Part shown: positions 27,252 to 37,807 of the stretch, one piece after another
Numbering within the stretch: the first letter of the stretch is position 1
Layout: the number at the start of each line of letters is the position of its first letter
Assembly: GCF_001194135.2 (NCBI RefSeq)
Contig: NC_068992.1
Coordinates: 55,840,751-55,904,750, forward strand
Source: Octopus bimaculoides
Lineage: Eukaryota
DNA length: 64,000 nucleotides
Direction: 5' to 3'
Position numbers and translations under genes: made by a program
The notes under the pieces: model-generated
The model's database searches: none
Told to the model about the DNA's origin: nothing
What the model saw: the letters and a program-made list of their open reading frames with translations, nothing else

Positions 27252-28751
27252 GCTTATGACCATACGGGAATCTTTACAAAGGTGGCGCATTAGCAGAGTC
27301 GTTAGAACGCTGAATAAAATGCCAAGCAGTATTTGTTCTGATTCTCCACATTCTGGTTTCAGACCCCTCCGACATCTGCTATCTTGCTTTTTATTCTTTC
27401 AGAGTCGATGATAAAGAAAAGGAGGTTGGGGCCATTGGTCTCCAGTGTGTTTGGTATGAGGAGACGGCGTCATTCAGCCTCTTTTTCAGCCTAGCCTTTT
27501 TTTTATGTCATGAGAGAAGGTTGTGTAGCCGAATGACGTCGTGTGCCAATCCCGAAGGATTACCAAAAGGAGTGGACTTTCAGAATAACTATCCCACAGA
27601 AATTGGAAATTCTCCGTTCTTGGTCGGAATTTTTACAATTTTTTAAAGAATTTCTGACTGCACCCCCTCCCCCATCATCTGCATCATTATCATCACCATC
27701 ATCATCATGGCATTCGCAACAGTACCCACCACTAAAATTTGTTTAGTTTCGGGGATTTTTTAGGGTTTTTTTGTNNNNNNNNNNNNNNNNNNNNNNNNNN
27801 NNNNNNNNNNNNNNNNNNNNNNNNNNNNNNNNNNNNNNNNNNNNNNNNNNNNNNNNNNNNNNNNNNNNNNNNNNNNNNNNNNNNNNNNNNNNNNNNNNNN
27901 NNNNNNNNNNNNNNNNNNNNNNNNNNNNNNNNNNNNNNNNNNNNNNNNNNNNNNNNNNNNNNNNNNNNNNNNNNNNNNNNNNNNNNNNNNNATAGGACCG
28001 CGGTTTCGATTCCCAGACCGGGCGTTGTGAGTGTTTATTGAGCGAAAACACCTAAAGTTCCACGAGGCTCCGGCAGGGTATGGTGGCGAACCCTGCTGTA
28101 CTCTTCCACCACAACTTTCTCTCACTCTTACTTCCTGTTTCTGTTGTGCCTGTATTGCAAAGGGGCAGCCATGTCACACTGTATCACGCTGAATATCCCC
28201 GAGAACTACGTTAAGGGTACAGGTGTCTGTGGAGTGCTCAGCCACTTGCACGTTAATTTCACGAGCAGGATGTTCCGTTGATCGGATCAACTGGAACTCT
28301 CGTCGTCGTAAGCGACGGAGTGCCAACAACAATTGTATTCCACATTCTGAAAAACTTGTAACTCGCATCTTTTACTTTAAAATTCTTAGCCCCTTCCTTC
28401 GTCGTATCATTCCCTACTAAAATGACTTTTTGTTTTGCTAGCTTTTTTATTTTTCTTCCATTATCATTTTTTTTTCGTACTTTTGTCAGTCTGTAAGAAC
28501 ATTTTTTCTTCTGTACGACATAAAAATTACATTATGAGAAAAACAAGATTAACACTTATCTGATTTTATCAGTATATGCGTTAATATAATTGAATTTTAC
28601 ATACCTTTTCTTCTTTTTTTTTTTCGTTTGCAGCTACCACACGAGACAAATTCAAACAGAAAGAAAGAAACAGTTTTACTGAGGATAAGACGCTACGACA
28701 AACTGTAACTGTGATAGACAGAAGGGAGAAAACAAGATAGATTTCTATTTT

Positions 28752-29088
28752 TTTATATTCTACTTGTTTCAGTCATTAGACTGCGGCCTTACTGGAGCAC
28801 CGTCTTGAAGAATTTTTAGCCGAATGAATCGATCCCTGTATTGTTTGTTTTTTTTTTTAAAGCTGGTAATTATTCTATCGGTTAATTTTGCCGGACTGCT
28901 AAGTTACGGGGATGTAAACACACCAACACAGGTTGTTAAGCAGTGATGGTGAACAAATATAGACACACACACACACACACACACACACATAAATACAAGC
29001 TAAAACACATGCATGTTGTTCCCTCACTTGTCTTCGTCTTTTGTTTTCTGTAAATTGAATAAATATATAGCACACACACACACACACG

Positions 29089-29135
<47 letters not shown>

Positions 29136-29312
29136 ATATATGCACACACGCATAATGGGTTTCTTTCAGTTTCCGTCTACCAAACCCACTCACAAGGTTT
29201 TGGTCGGCCCAAGGCTTTTAGTAGAAGACACTTGCCCAAGGTACCACGCAGTGGAACTGAACCCGGACCCATGTGGTTAGGAAGCAAACTTCTTACCACA
29301 CAGCCACGCCTA
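28752..29312 (-). mobile_element. Full-length family B SINE
   Basis: Same head, microsatellite and tail layout. Further copies or parts at 47-280, 5495-6045, 14290-14555, 15885-16630, 18570-18710, 26405-26630, 42640-42790, 56820-56970 and 63396-63835. Confidence 0.8.
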
Positions 29313-30414
29313 CGACTATCTTTTTTTATCCTATTATATTTTTCTTTAATTAAAAGATATTCTTTTCTACATTTTAAGCGACTGAGATTCTCGTTTGATT
29401 GATGCTTATTTTAAAATTCCAATTTTGTTTTTCATATTTAATATGTCCTTCCTTCTTTTTCTGCTTCTTTAATATGCTGCACGATAATCTGATAGAATTT
29501 GACTGCTATATTTAGCAGGTTTAGTGATAACGAGTTGGTTTTGTTCAGAGGCTTTTTGGTCCATCGTCGAACACCGTTTCTGTGTGAGGTGAGAAAGTTG
29601 GTTTTGGTTATTTCAGGAATCGTTCGATAGATTAATCTGCCAACAGACAAAATCCTGGCAGTTAATGAAATTAATTACGCAGAATATTAATATTGTTTAC
29701 ATGAGAGAGAAAATAACAACAGAAATAACTTTATGTAAAGAGAATATACCTCAATGGTTGAGCATTTGACTGAATATCGATAAATGCCTATGCGCTCTTT
29801 CTGCTTTTTACGGTTCTTTTTCTGTTCACTTCTGTTATTTTGTGTTTTATCCTGTTTACTATTAATGCATAATGCCTTATGTAATGGCTTGTATTTATGC
29901 ATTACATTGTGTAACACTATTTTTATCCTTGGGTAATAACTGTTATTTCCCATTTGCTTACACCTAGAAAGTATTATTTTTTTAAATAGCTATTTCCTTC
30001 AAACTTTGCTTTTGTTACGATATTTATTCAAACCCCGAAGAATCCCTCTCAACACATGACTACGATGCTCCCCCACCGCTCCTGCTCATGATCAGAGATG
30101 CACATATTGTCAGCCATCAAGGGACATGCACTCAAGTGGTTAAGGTCAAGCAACTGAAAAGCAAATCTGTGGTATTGAGCAGAATATTTGCAATAATAAT
30201 AGTTCTGCTTCAGCTATTCAGTGCTGAATCTGTCTGAAATGTAATGGAAAATAGGTCCCTTTCAAAACAGTAATGTCCCGGTCACGAATTTTTTTCCCAC
30301 GAGAATTCCGGACCCCAGTAATGAACTAATTTGCATACAGTCAATCAGAGCTCACCTTGACTTTGTGAAGTTAACAAAGGAGGGGACAAGCACCTCCACC
30401 CAGCTAAGCCTGCA

Positions 30415-30457
30415 TCCAGAGACATGTTTCTGAGTCTTTGCTCGTCATCAGTCTGGA
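30415..30457 (-). ncRNA. Minimal type I hammerhead ribozyme, copy 2 (inverted arm)
   Basis: Same fold on the minus strand with stem III palindrome ACATGT. Predicted cleavage is between 30421 and 30420. Confidence 0.75.
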
Positions 30458-30627
30458 GTAGCAATGGCCTGCTAGTTGGAGATGTTTACGAGAGCCTGAC
30501 ACATTTCTCTCTGAGAGATTTAGAAATGTATTATTTCTATTTTTGAAATCAGTGAATGTGTTTCACTAGAATTATTATATGTTTACAAGAGCTTGACAGG
30601 CATCTCCAACTAGCAGGCCATTGCTAC

Positions 30628-30670
30628 TCCAGACTGATGACGAGCAAAGACTCAGAAACTAGTCTCTGGA
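30628..30670 (+). ncRNA. Minimal type I hammerhead ribozyme (PLE-type), copy 1
   Basis: TCCAGA-CTGATGA-C GAG caaaga CTC A-GAAAC-TA-GTC^-TCTGGA. Stem I is 6 bp (TCCAGA/TCTGGA), the CUGANGA and GAAA core is intact, the triplet is GUC, and stem III is the palindrome ACTAGT. Confidence 0.75.
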
Positions 30671-31225
30671 TGCAGGCTTAGCTAAGTGGAGGTGCTTGTC
30701 TCCCCCTTGTAAACATAAGGACACAGGAAATGTGTCAAGGCCGACAGGAAGCGGTGCTGCTTCCTAGGGTTAAATAGCAGTAGTATTAATCCCTTCATGG
30801 AACTGTCACATTAAGTTAGCAGCATACAACTAAAATATATTCAATCGAAAATAAATAAGTAGAATAGAATAACAGAACACATGACTCTTTACTATTCAAT
30901 GTACATATTGTCTGAATTCTAACAAACGGGAAAGCATTTCCTTCAAGAAATGTGTAGAAACATAAAAACGATAAGTAGTACGTTTGAATGATTAGCCTTC
31001 GGCGCTATAATTCTGTTAGATCTTCAACGGCCGGGGGAAATTCAAAAGGTCAGTTCATTCTGTAAAAGAAGGGAGAAGAAAACAAAAGACTTTAAATCTA
31101 AGTTTTAAAATGATGATTTTTCTGCGACTAAAAATTCTTCAAGGCGGTGCCCCAGCATGGCCACAGTCTTACAGCTGCAATAAGTAAAAAGAAAAATATT
31201 CTGGCGTGTTTATATTCGACTAAAC

Positions 31226-31713
31226 ACAACCCCCCACCCTTTTCGGCTACGGGGAATATGAATCTGCAAAAAAAACTGGCAAAAATCGGCATTTCTAAAT
31301 TACTACCCCCACCCCTATTTCCTTCATTTTTTATTTCTTTCAGAAATTATTTTTTATTCAAAATATGNNNNNNNNNNNNNNNNNNNNNNNNNNNNNNNNN
31401 NNNNNNNNNNNNNNNNNNNNNNNNNNNNNNNNNNNNNNNNNNNNNNNNNNNNNNNNNNNNNNNNNNNNNNNNNNNNNNNNNNNNNATTTGGGGGGGGGAG
31501 GGGGGGCTAAATATGCAGAAAAATACAGACATTATGATTCGGACAAAAATTTTAAAACATTTCTGTAGTTATGGTTAGGGTTAGGGTTTTAGGGTTACGG
31601 TTAGTGTTGGGGAAAAAGTCAAAATTGAAGAATTTGGGGAGAAGGGGGAAATTTAACAATACCGATTTTTGGCAATTTTCCAGAACCTCCGTATCCGAAA
31701 ACGTGGGGTTTGA
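31226..31713. mobile_element. TIR element containing a TTAGGG-like tract
   Basis: Imperfect ~70-bp TIRs (CCCCACCCTTTTCGGCTACGG...GCAAAAATCGGCATT / AATACCGATTTTTGGC...CCGTATCCGAAAACGTGGGG), with an internal gap. Confidence 0.55.
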
Positions 31714-32143
31714 CAAAAAAAACTTTTTTAATAAACAAATTTGGTGGAAACTGGCGGAAGTCTTTCCAGAAATTGTAATATTACCCATTCTAATGTATTC
31801 GGTCTCATACAATAAGTCGTTGTAAGTCTTAGCATGTACTACATTCATCAAATAGGTAGAAACGCGGTTTATTCAGAAAATCAATCGAGTGAACGTTCCT
31901 GGTTGCTCTGAAAGCATAGTGAAACATTATTCAAGGGAAATAACTCATCAAAATTTTATTAACATTTTTACAGAAATGAAAAAACATTAAATATATAAAA
32001 CATCAAATTATCCAGAGACAGACCCATAACTACCTCACCGAAGAACAAAGAAAAATAATTTTAAAAAATGGGGTGAAATTAAGCAGTTGAAAATGGGGGA
32101 TAGGAGAAGTAACGGGTTCTACACTCCAGGACAAATGGGATGT

Positions 32144-32305
32144 TTAGCCGCACCTCGCGGTCAAGATTGGAAAGGCGTTGCCGCGGAGGATGGCCAGAGT
32201 CACTCGTTGCAAGAGTCACTCTACCTCACGAGACTCGTTTCTCTTACAGACTGCATTTATCCCGATTTTGCGAAGAAAATCAGCAGTGTGGGGTCCGAAA
32301 ACACC
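32144..32305 (-). mobile_element. 3' fragment of a CRE-like (REL-endonuclease) non-LTR retrotransposon
   Basis: GVFGPHTADFLRKIGINAVCKRNESREVE*LLQRVTLAILRGNAFPILTARCG* matches the REL C-terminal pattern G.FG..A..FL..IG....QR.SLAI.RGNA..IL. One internal stop. Confidence 0.7.
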
Positions 32306-32399
32306 CGGGGTCTTTTGCCAAACCGCTAAGTTACGGGGACGTAAACACACCAGCATCGGTTGTCGAGCGATGTTGGGGGGGACAAACACAGACACACAA

Positions 32400-32479
<80 letters not shown>

Positions 32480-32753
32480 CATTTTTCTTTCTTTTCTTTT
32501 CTTTTTTTTTAATTATTATATCCAAAGTTTCAAACTTTTCTTTACCTACTGAAGTACGTTTCTATATTTTTCACACCTCTCTCTAATTCTCTTTCTTAGT
32601 ATTTAATTTCCCTCTCAAAAAGAAAGCTAAATATCCCACTCAAAGGTAGGATATTCTTATGCTAGTAAATAGGTAGACTAATTATTACGAAGCCCTGAGC
32701 CAGCTGTCAGTCACGTTTGCATTCCTTTCTCAGTATAAAGGGAGGCAATTTTT

Positions 32754-32777
32754 GTTTCCACGGCGTAGCCTAGCAAC
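32754..32777 (+). promoter_or_regulatory. RFX X-box in the WDR27 proximal promoter
   Basis: GTAGCCTAGCAAC at 32765-32777 matches GTNRCC(N0-3)RGYAAC exactly. A half-site-like GTTTCCACGG is adjacent at 32754, TATAAAG is at 32734-32740, and the ATG is 135 bp downstream. Confidence 0.6.
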
Positions 32778-32912
32778 GAAGATAAACTTTTATCTGTTTT
32801 TAAATTGTACTTAAAAGTGTTACATTGTTCCACAGTTAGAACGTAATTCCGTTCAATAAAATTTTCTCCTGTGATACCGATGGGAATATATTAACTGAGA
32901 TATTTCAGGAAA

Positions 32913-35744
32913 ATGATAAGTAATCATAAGAATAAATCACTTGATATAACATCACTTGCAAGTATCACGACGAACGTCTTGCCTTCTGAACTTGCTGCAG
33001 CTTCTAACGGTCAGTATGTTGCTTCCATTTACTCTCTTCCAAATCAGTTAGGTATTTGGAAACTTCCAGAATGTTCCAGAACCACTGAGCGACTGTACAC
33101 GAGTAAACCGGTTGATTACACTCAACTTAGAACACCTCCTTTGTTGTTGCTAGAACACAAGAAACCGGTAAAAGTTATAGCTCTCTCAAAGCACGTGTCT
33201 TCATCTTGGCGAAAGGGACGTAATGTTCAAGAATTATCTACAAAGACAGGCTTACTCTGTTCAGTGAACAAACAATGTGTTATGATTTGGAATTTGAATT
33301 TTATTCTTGAACAGCAAGTGCAAAATCAGATAAAGGAGTTGAGTTCTGTTACGACGACGAACACATGTTTTGCAAACAGTGAAAACTGTGTGTTATATGC
33401 TGACGATATAATACCGTCTTACAGTGAGATATCTTACTGTGTGTTTAGTTGGCATAATGACTGCATTGCTGTGTGCTTGGACACCGATATATTGGTGATA
33501 TTTATCGGCGCAGATGTCGAAGGATCGTCACGGAATCAACCAGTCTGGTTGACTGATACTGAGAGACAGTGTCAGATTTTAAAAGCTCACAAATGTTTCG
33601 TAAATGCTATAGAATTTCATCACCGTAATGTTAACATCCTAATATCTATATCTGATGATTCGTCGTATATCGTTTGGGATCTCTGCTCTGTGCGCGTGCT
33701 ACATAGGGGTTATCTGCCTTATTCGATGGCAGTTCCAATTGTGTTGGGCTTGAATTGGGAAAAAGATACTGCACTCGTTGGTACTTCAAATGGTCATCTG
33801 GTCGTTATAAATCTATCTTTGCCTGATGCTACATCGAATAAATCTGAAAAAGACTCTTTATTTAAAATTATACAGTCTGTTGATTGTTCTGAAATAGTTA
33901 CGAAGATGCATACTTCTTGTGTTGACGAAAGTGTAGCGGCTGATAGCAGTGGATTATCTTCCATTTCTGTAGAGAGTAACTGCCTTGTGTTATCTCTATG
34001 TTATTTACCACAAGAAAAAGATTTACTTCAACCGAAACATCGTCAAAGACTGCATAACAGATCGCTTTTCACAAACAATGATATGGACTATGAAAAGTTA
34101 ATAGAATCGCCATTAATAGTAGTTGGTACAAACAATGCTGTTCTCTGTTTAAATGTTTATACTTTAGAATGCCTTGCTTCAGTAGATTTAAAACTTTACA
34201 ACAGTGAACTGCTGGGAGATTTCAATACATTGAGCCTAATGCTACCAGTAGAAACAGAAGACGACATTTTACTTTTAACAGCAAATTCCTTCAGCAGTAA
34301 CCTAAATATATCAAGAATGCAATCGAATTTTGAAACATTTAATGAAATCAATAACGATGATTCGTTATTGCTTAAATGTTTATTAGATGATGATGACCAA
34401 CAAAAACTGTCTGATGATATTTCTTCACGGAAATACATCATTTATCCTTGCACTTTACTGACTGAAACTTCTGTGTTAAAGTCACAACTTGTTCCTGTAG
34501 GCAAAATTAAAAAGATCCAAAAGACCAAATCTAAACCCAAAGTACATACAGACTATCAAGTCACATTTTCGAATAAAGTGAAGTCCTCAGGTTATTCAAC
34601 ATCTCCAACGCATCAAACGATGTTTACACCAAAAACCAATAATTTTCAAACAAAATCAAAGCCTTTGCCTAAAAAATCACATTTCAAAACAAAGATGATC
34701 CAGGAAAACTTTGATCCAGAAAAGATAACTGACTATAAGACATCTTTGCAAATCAGTGACAATTCTGCTGCCATAACATGCATCAAAATATCACCAAGTG
34801 GAAGTAAACTAGCTGTCGGTTCAATCAACAGCTCAGTAGTAGTGCTAAAACAATCACTGGTCAATAACACGACCAGTTATCTTGGCCACAGTAAGTCTGT
34901 TAATTCTATTGACTGGAGTTATAATAGCAAGTGGTTGATAACAACCTCGGATGAATCGGCAGCTGTCTGGGAAATGGATAAACCAGTACCATTGATGAAA
35001 TTTACCAAAATAAAAAGCAACTTTTCTTGCGACAAACAAACAAGTTGTTTTACAAAGGATATTAAGAAAGCACAGTTCTACTATATGGATAACTTTATAC
35101 TGTTAGCAGCCAGTGATTCATTTCATCTTTACAAATATCATCTAGATTCAACTAAAGAAGATATGCAACGTTACATTACTAAGAGCAAATATAAATCAGT
35201 CGGAACCTACCAAACAGATGGTAACTGTATAACTGACCTAACAGCTATTAATTCTTTCTATTCTTATGTAGTGCTTTGCTGCACAACTAATCGATCAGTT
35301 TCAGTTTATGATATGAACGTTGGTCAAATAATTCAGCTGATTACAAATGTCCATCCAACAGTTCCATACTGTTTAGCCATGAATTCAGGCTCATCTTATC
35401 TCTCATTACCACCAAATGCCTATGATTTAGTTTTGACCACTGCTCTCACTGATTCTGTTAAACTGTGGGATTTAAGATCGGGCCAGTGTGTGCGCAAACT
35501 AGAACAACACTGCAATCGGGCTTATACTTGCCGAGCTGTTTTCAGTCCTTGTGGTCAATATGTCCTGGCCGGATCAGAAGACTATACTGCTTATTTATAT
35601 GATGTAAGAGAAGGAACATGTTGTACAAGGTTAACTAGACATTCTGATGTGGTAACAGATGTTGCATACCACCCTTTCATTCCACAACTTACAACAGCAA
35701 CTTTAAATGGTCAACTCTATACATTTACTTGTCAAAATTTATGA
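32913..35744 (+). CDS. WDR27: WD repeat-containing protein 27, single-exon 943-aa ORF
   Basis: Uninterrupted ORF with WD40 repeats (HKCFVNAIEF...YIVWD, GHSKSVNSIDWS, VKLWDLRS, HSDVVTDVAYHP). It carries blocks I recognise from WDR27: VTFSNKVKSSGYS..TMFTPKTN, AQFYYMDNFILL, YHLDSTKEDMQRY, CRAVFSPCGQY, PQLTTATLNG. Recognition is from memory, not a database search. Confidence 0.92.
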   Translation: MISNHKNKSLDITSLASITTNVLPSELAAASNGQYVASIYSLPNQLGIWKLPECSRTTERLYTSKPVDYTQLRTPPLLLLEHKKPVKVIALSKHVSSSWRKGRNVQELSTKTGLLCSVNKQCVMIWNLNFILEQQVQNQIKELSSVTTTNTCFANSENCVLYADDIIPSYSEISYCVFSWHNDCIAVCLDTDILVIFIGADVEGSSRNQPVWLTDTERQCQILKAHKCFVNAIEFHHRNVNILISISDDSSYIVWDLCSVRVLHRGYLPYSMAVPIVLGLNWEKDTALVGTSNGHLVVINLSLPDATSNKSEKDSLFKIIQSVDCSEIVTKMHTSCVDESVAADSSGLSSISVESNCLVLSLCYLPQEKDLLQPKHRQRLHNRSLFTNNDMDYEKLIESPLIVVGTNNAVLCLNVYTLECLASVDLKLYNSELLGDFNTLSLMLPVETEDDILLLTANSFSSNLNISRMQSNFETFNEINNDDSLLLKCLLDDDDQQKLSDDISSRKYIIYPCTLLTETSVLKSQLVPVGKIKKIQKTKSKPKVHTDYQVTFSNKVKSSGYSTSPTHQTMFTPKTNNFQTKSKPLPKKSHFKTKMIQENFDPEKITDYKTSLQISDNSAAITCIKISPSGSKLAVGSINSSVVVLKQSLVNNTTSYLGHSKSVNSIDWSYNSKWLITTSDESAAVWEMDKPVPLMKFTKIKSNFSCDKQTSCFTKDIKKAQFYYMDNFILLAASDSFHLYKYHLDSTKEDMQRYITKSKYKSVGTYQTDGNCITDLTAINSFYSYVVLCCTTNRSVSVYDMNVGQIIQLITNVHPTVPYCLAMNSGSSYLSLPPNAYDLVLTTALTDSVKLWDLRSGQCVRKLEQHCNRAYTCRAVFSPCGQYVLAGSEDYTAYLYDVREGTCCTRLTRHSDVVTDVAYHPFIPQLTTATLNGQLYTFTCQNL

Positions 35745-35959
35745 CATGTTAAGGAAACACCAGAGTTTCAACAAACTAGATTTGACGGTTTCAATGGCTA
35801 CTTTTATAATAGTCTTCAGCTCCATTTGTAATGTCCTAGGAAGAAGCATGAGTGTCATTTGGTACTTTTTAAATCTGAGGCAATATGCCTGTCATTTATC
35901 TTTTACTTGTCACTGGATTGTAGCCATGCTGGGGCACTGCCTTGTAGGATTTGGTGGAA

Positions 35960-36110
35960 ATAATCACTCCCAGTTGGGACTGTGTCTCGAAGTCATGGTT
36001 GTCACTACAGAGCCAGTGAAGACAAAGGAACTGAGAGTAGGAGATGAACAGTTTGGTGTGGGGAGGGTGGGAGGAGAAAAAGTTGATAAGTGTGAGTCTG
36101 TGGGTTTATA
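35960..36110 (-). mobile_element. Penelope-like RT thumb-domain fragment
   Basis: With one frameshift it reads YKPTDSHTY-NFFSSHPPHTKLFISYSQFLCLHWLCSDNHDFETQ, matching the PLE pattern KPTDSH..L...SSHP.H.K.SIPYSQFLRL.RICSD..DF. Confidence 0.7.
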
Positions 36111-37807
36111 CTGTCTTCTACTATATATAGCCCAAGGCCAACCAATTCTTTGCCAGTGAATTTGGTAAACAGAAATTGTGTGGAAGCCCATTATGTGTGT
36201 GATTGCTTACCAACCAATGTTGGTTTGTTACTGTCCCCCATAACAGCAGCTCATCATAAAGAAAAAAACTTATAGAATGAGCTTAGAGGTAAAAAAACAA
36301 AAAAAAGGCAAGGCTATGTTCTCAAGTCATACAGACTCATAAGGGCCAGTTTCCAAGTTTCTATGGTGTATATATTCCCCACCTGGACGGGATGCTAGTC
36401 CATCACAGGTTTCCTCATTTTTGCCAGCTGAGTAGACTGGAGCAACGTGAAATGAAGTGTCTTGCTCAAGGACACAACGCGTTGCCTGGTCCAGGAATCG
36501 AAACCACTATCATAGGATCATGAGTCCAACACCCTAACCACTAAGCTATGTGCCTCCACAATGAGCTTAGACTGGTGTTGATTTGATGAACTAAACCATT
36601 CAAGATGGTGCCACAGCATGGCCACAGTTTCAAGAATGAAACAAGTAAAGGAATAAAAAAGAGTGTATGCAATAGATTTGTATTGTATACAAGACTGCTT
36701 TCTTTTCGTACATGGTATGAGGAGAGGGTGGAGGTTGATGAAATCAGGAAAATAAACTTGTGGTAAAAGAACAAAAATCTAGAAAAACAAAAAGGTTTAG
36801 AAATGTTTCTCTTGAAGTAATTATTTTAATAAAGGATAGAAAAAAAATAACTTTGTTTTTGTATTTGGTTTTCAAGATTCTTTTATGAGAATTGGTGTGT
36901 TGAAATGATTGGACTAATTATAAAGGAGTGGAATTGAACCAGTGCACGTGTTATTATTATTGATTTCAGATTTTGCCATAAGGCCATCAGGTCTGGGGGA
37001 GTGTAAGTTGATTACAACAACTCCAGTGTTCAACTGGAATTTATTTGATTTACCCCAAAAGGATGAAAGTTAAAGTGGACCTCAGCAGAATTTGAACCCA
37101 GTACATGAAAATAGATGAAACGCCACTAAGCATTTTGCTTGACATGCTTACAACTCTGCCAGCTTGCGCATGTGCATGTTATTAATATTGGCATAATGAT
37201 TCTCCCTAGACTCAACAAAAGAAAAATCTTTTCAAGGAGAAACAGAGAAATCAAATAGAAAACTCAGCATTTTTCAGCATATAAATCAATATTTTTCAGA
37301 CCAAAATTTACATTTAAGAAAAGCAGGTCAACTTATACATCAAGAAGACTTTGGAAGACCAAAAATTCCAGATGAAATGCAGCAAGATTTGGAAAGATAG
37401 TGACAATATTTGAATGTTTACCCAACATGTTTATATACTACATCGACTTGTATGCCAGAAAATATTATTATTGCTACTGATGATGATGATGATGATGAAG
37501 ATGGCGAGCTGGCAGAAATGTTAGCATGCTGGGAAAAATGCTTGTCAATGTTTCTTCCAGCTTTACATTTTCAGTTCAAATTCTGCCAAGGTCGGCTTTG
37601 TCTTTCATCCTTTGAGTATCGATGAAATTATGTACCAGTTGAGCACTAGGGTCAACATAATTTCGCCCCCTTCCCAAAATTTTGGGCCTTGTGCAAAAAG
37701 TAGAAAGAAGTATTATTATTATTACTACTACCACTATTGTAAAAGACACTTGTTAGTTTACCTAAATGGAAAGATAATTTTAATTAGCTTCTGATTTCTT
37801 CTATTGA

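Larger units (their letters stand above)
30374..30830 (+). mobile_element. Penelope-like (PLE) pseudo-LTR remnant with inverted partial copy
   Basis: Inverted arms 30374-30484 and 30601-30711 (about 6 mismatches) each carry a hammerhead. The right arm continues into sequence shared with 47765-47985 (reverse complement). Hammerhead-bearing, inverted pLTRs are characteristic of PLEs. Confidence 0.6.

Noticed and set aside
27739-28125. ORFs containing long X runs (also 22143, 31147-31578, 50217-50682, 56415, 58079-58804)
   Set aside because: They span assembly gaps. Only the 58027-58145 part is real coding sequence (VPS33B, in a different frame).
35707-36159. 150-aa ORF with an RCC1-like motif (GFGGNNHSQLG)
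   Set aside because: It is stitched from SINE pieces plus the antisense of a Penelope RT thumb fragment, which explains the opposite strand much better.
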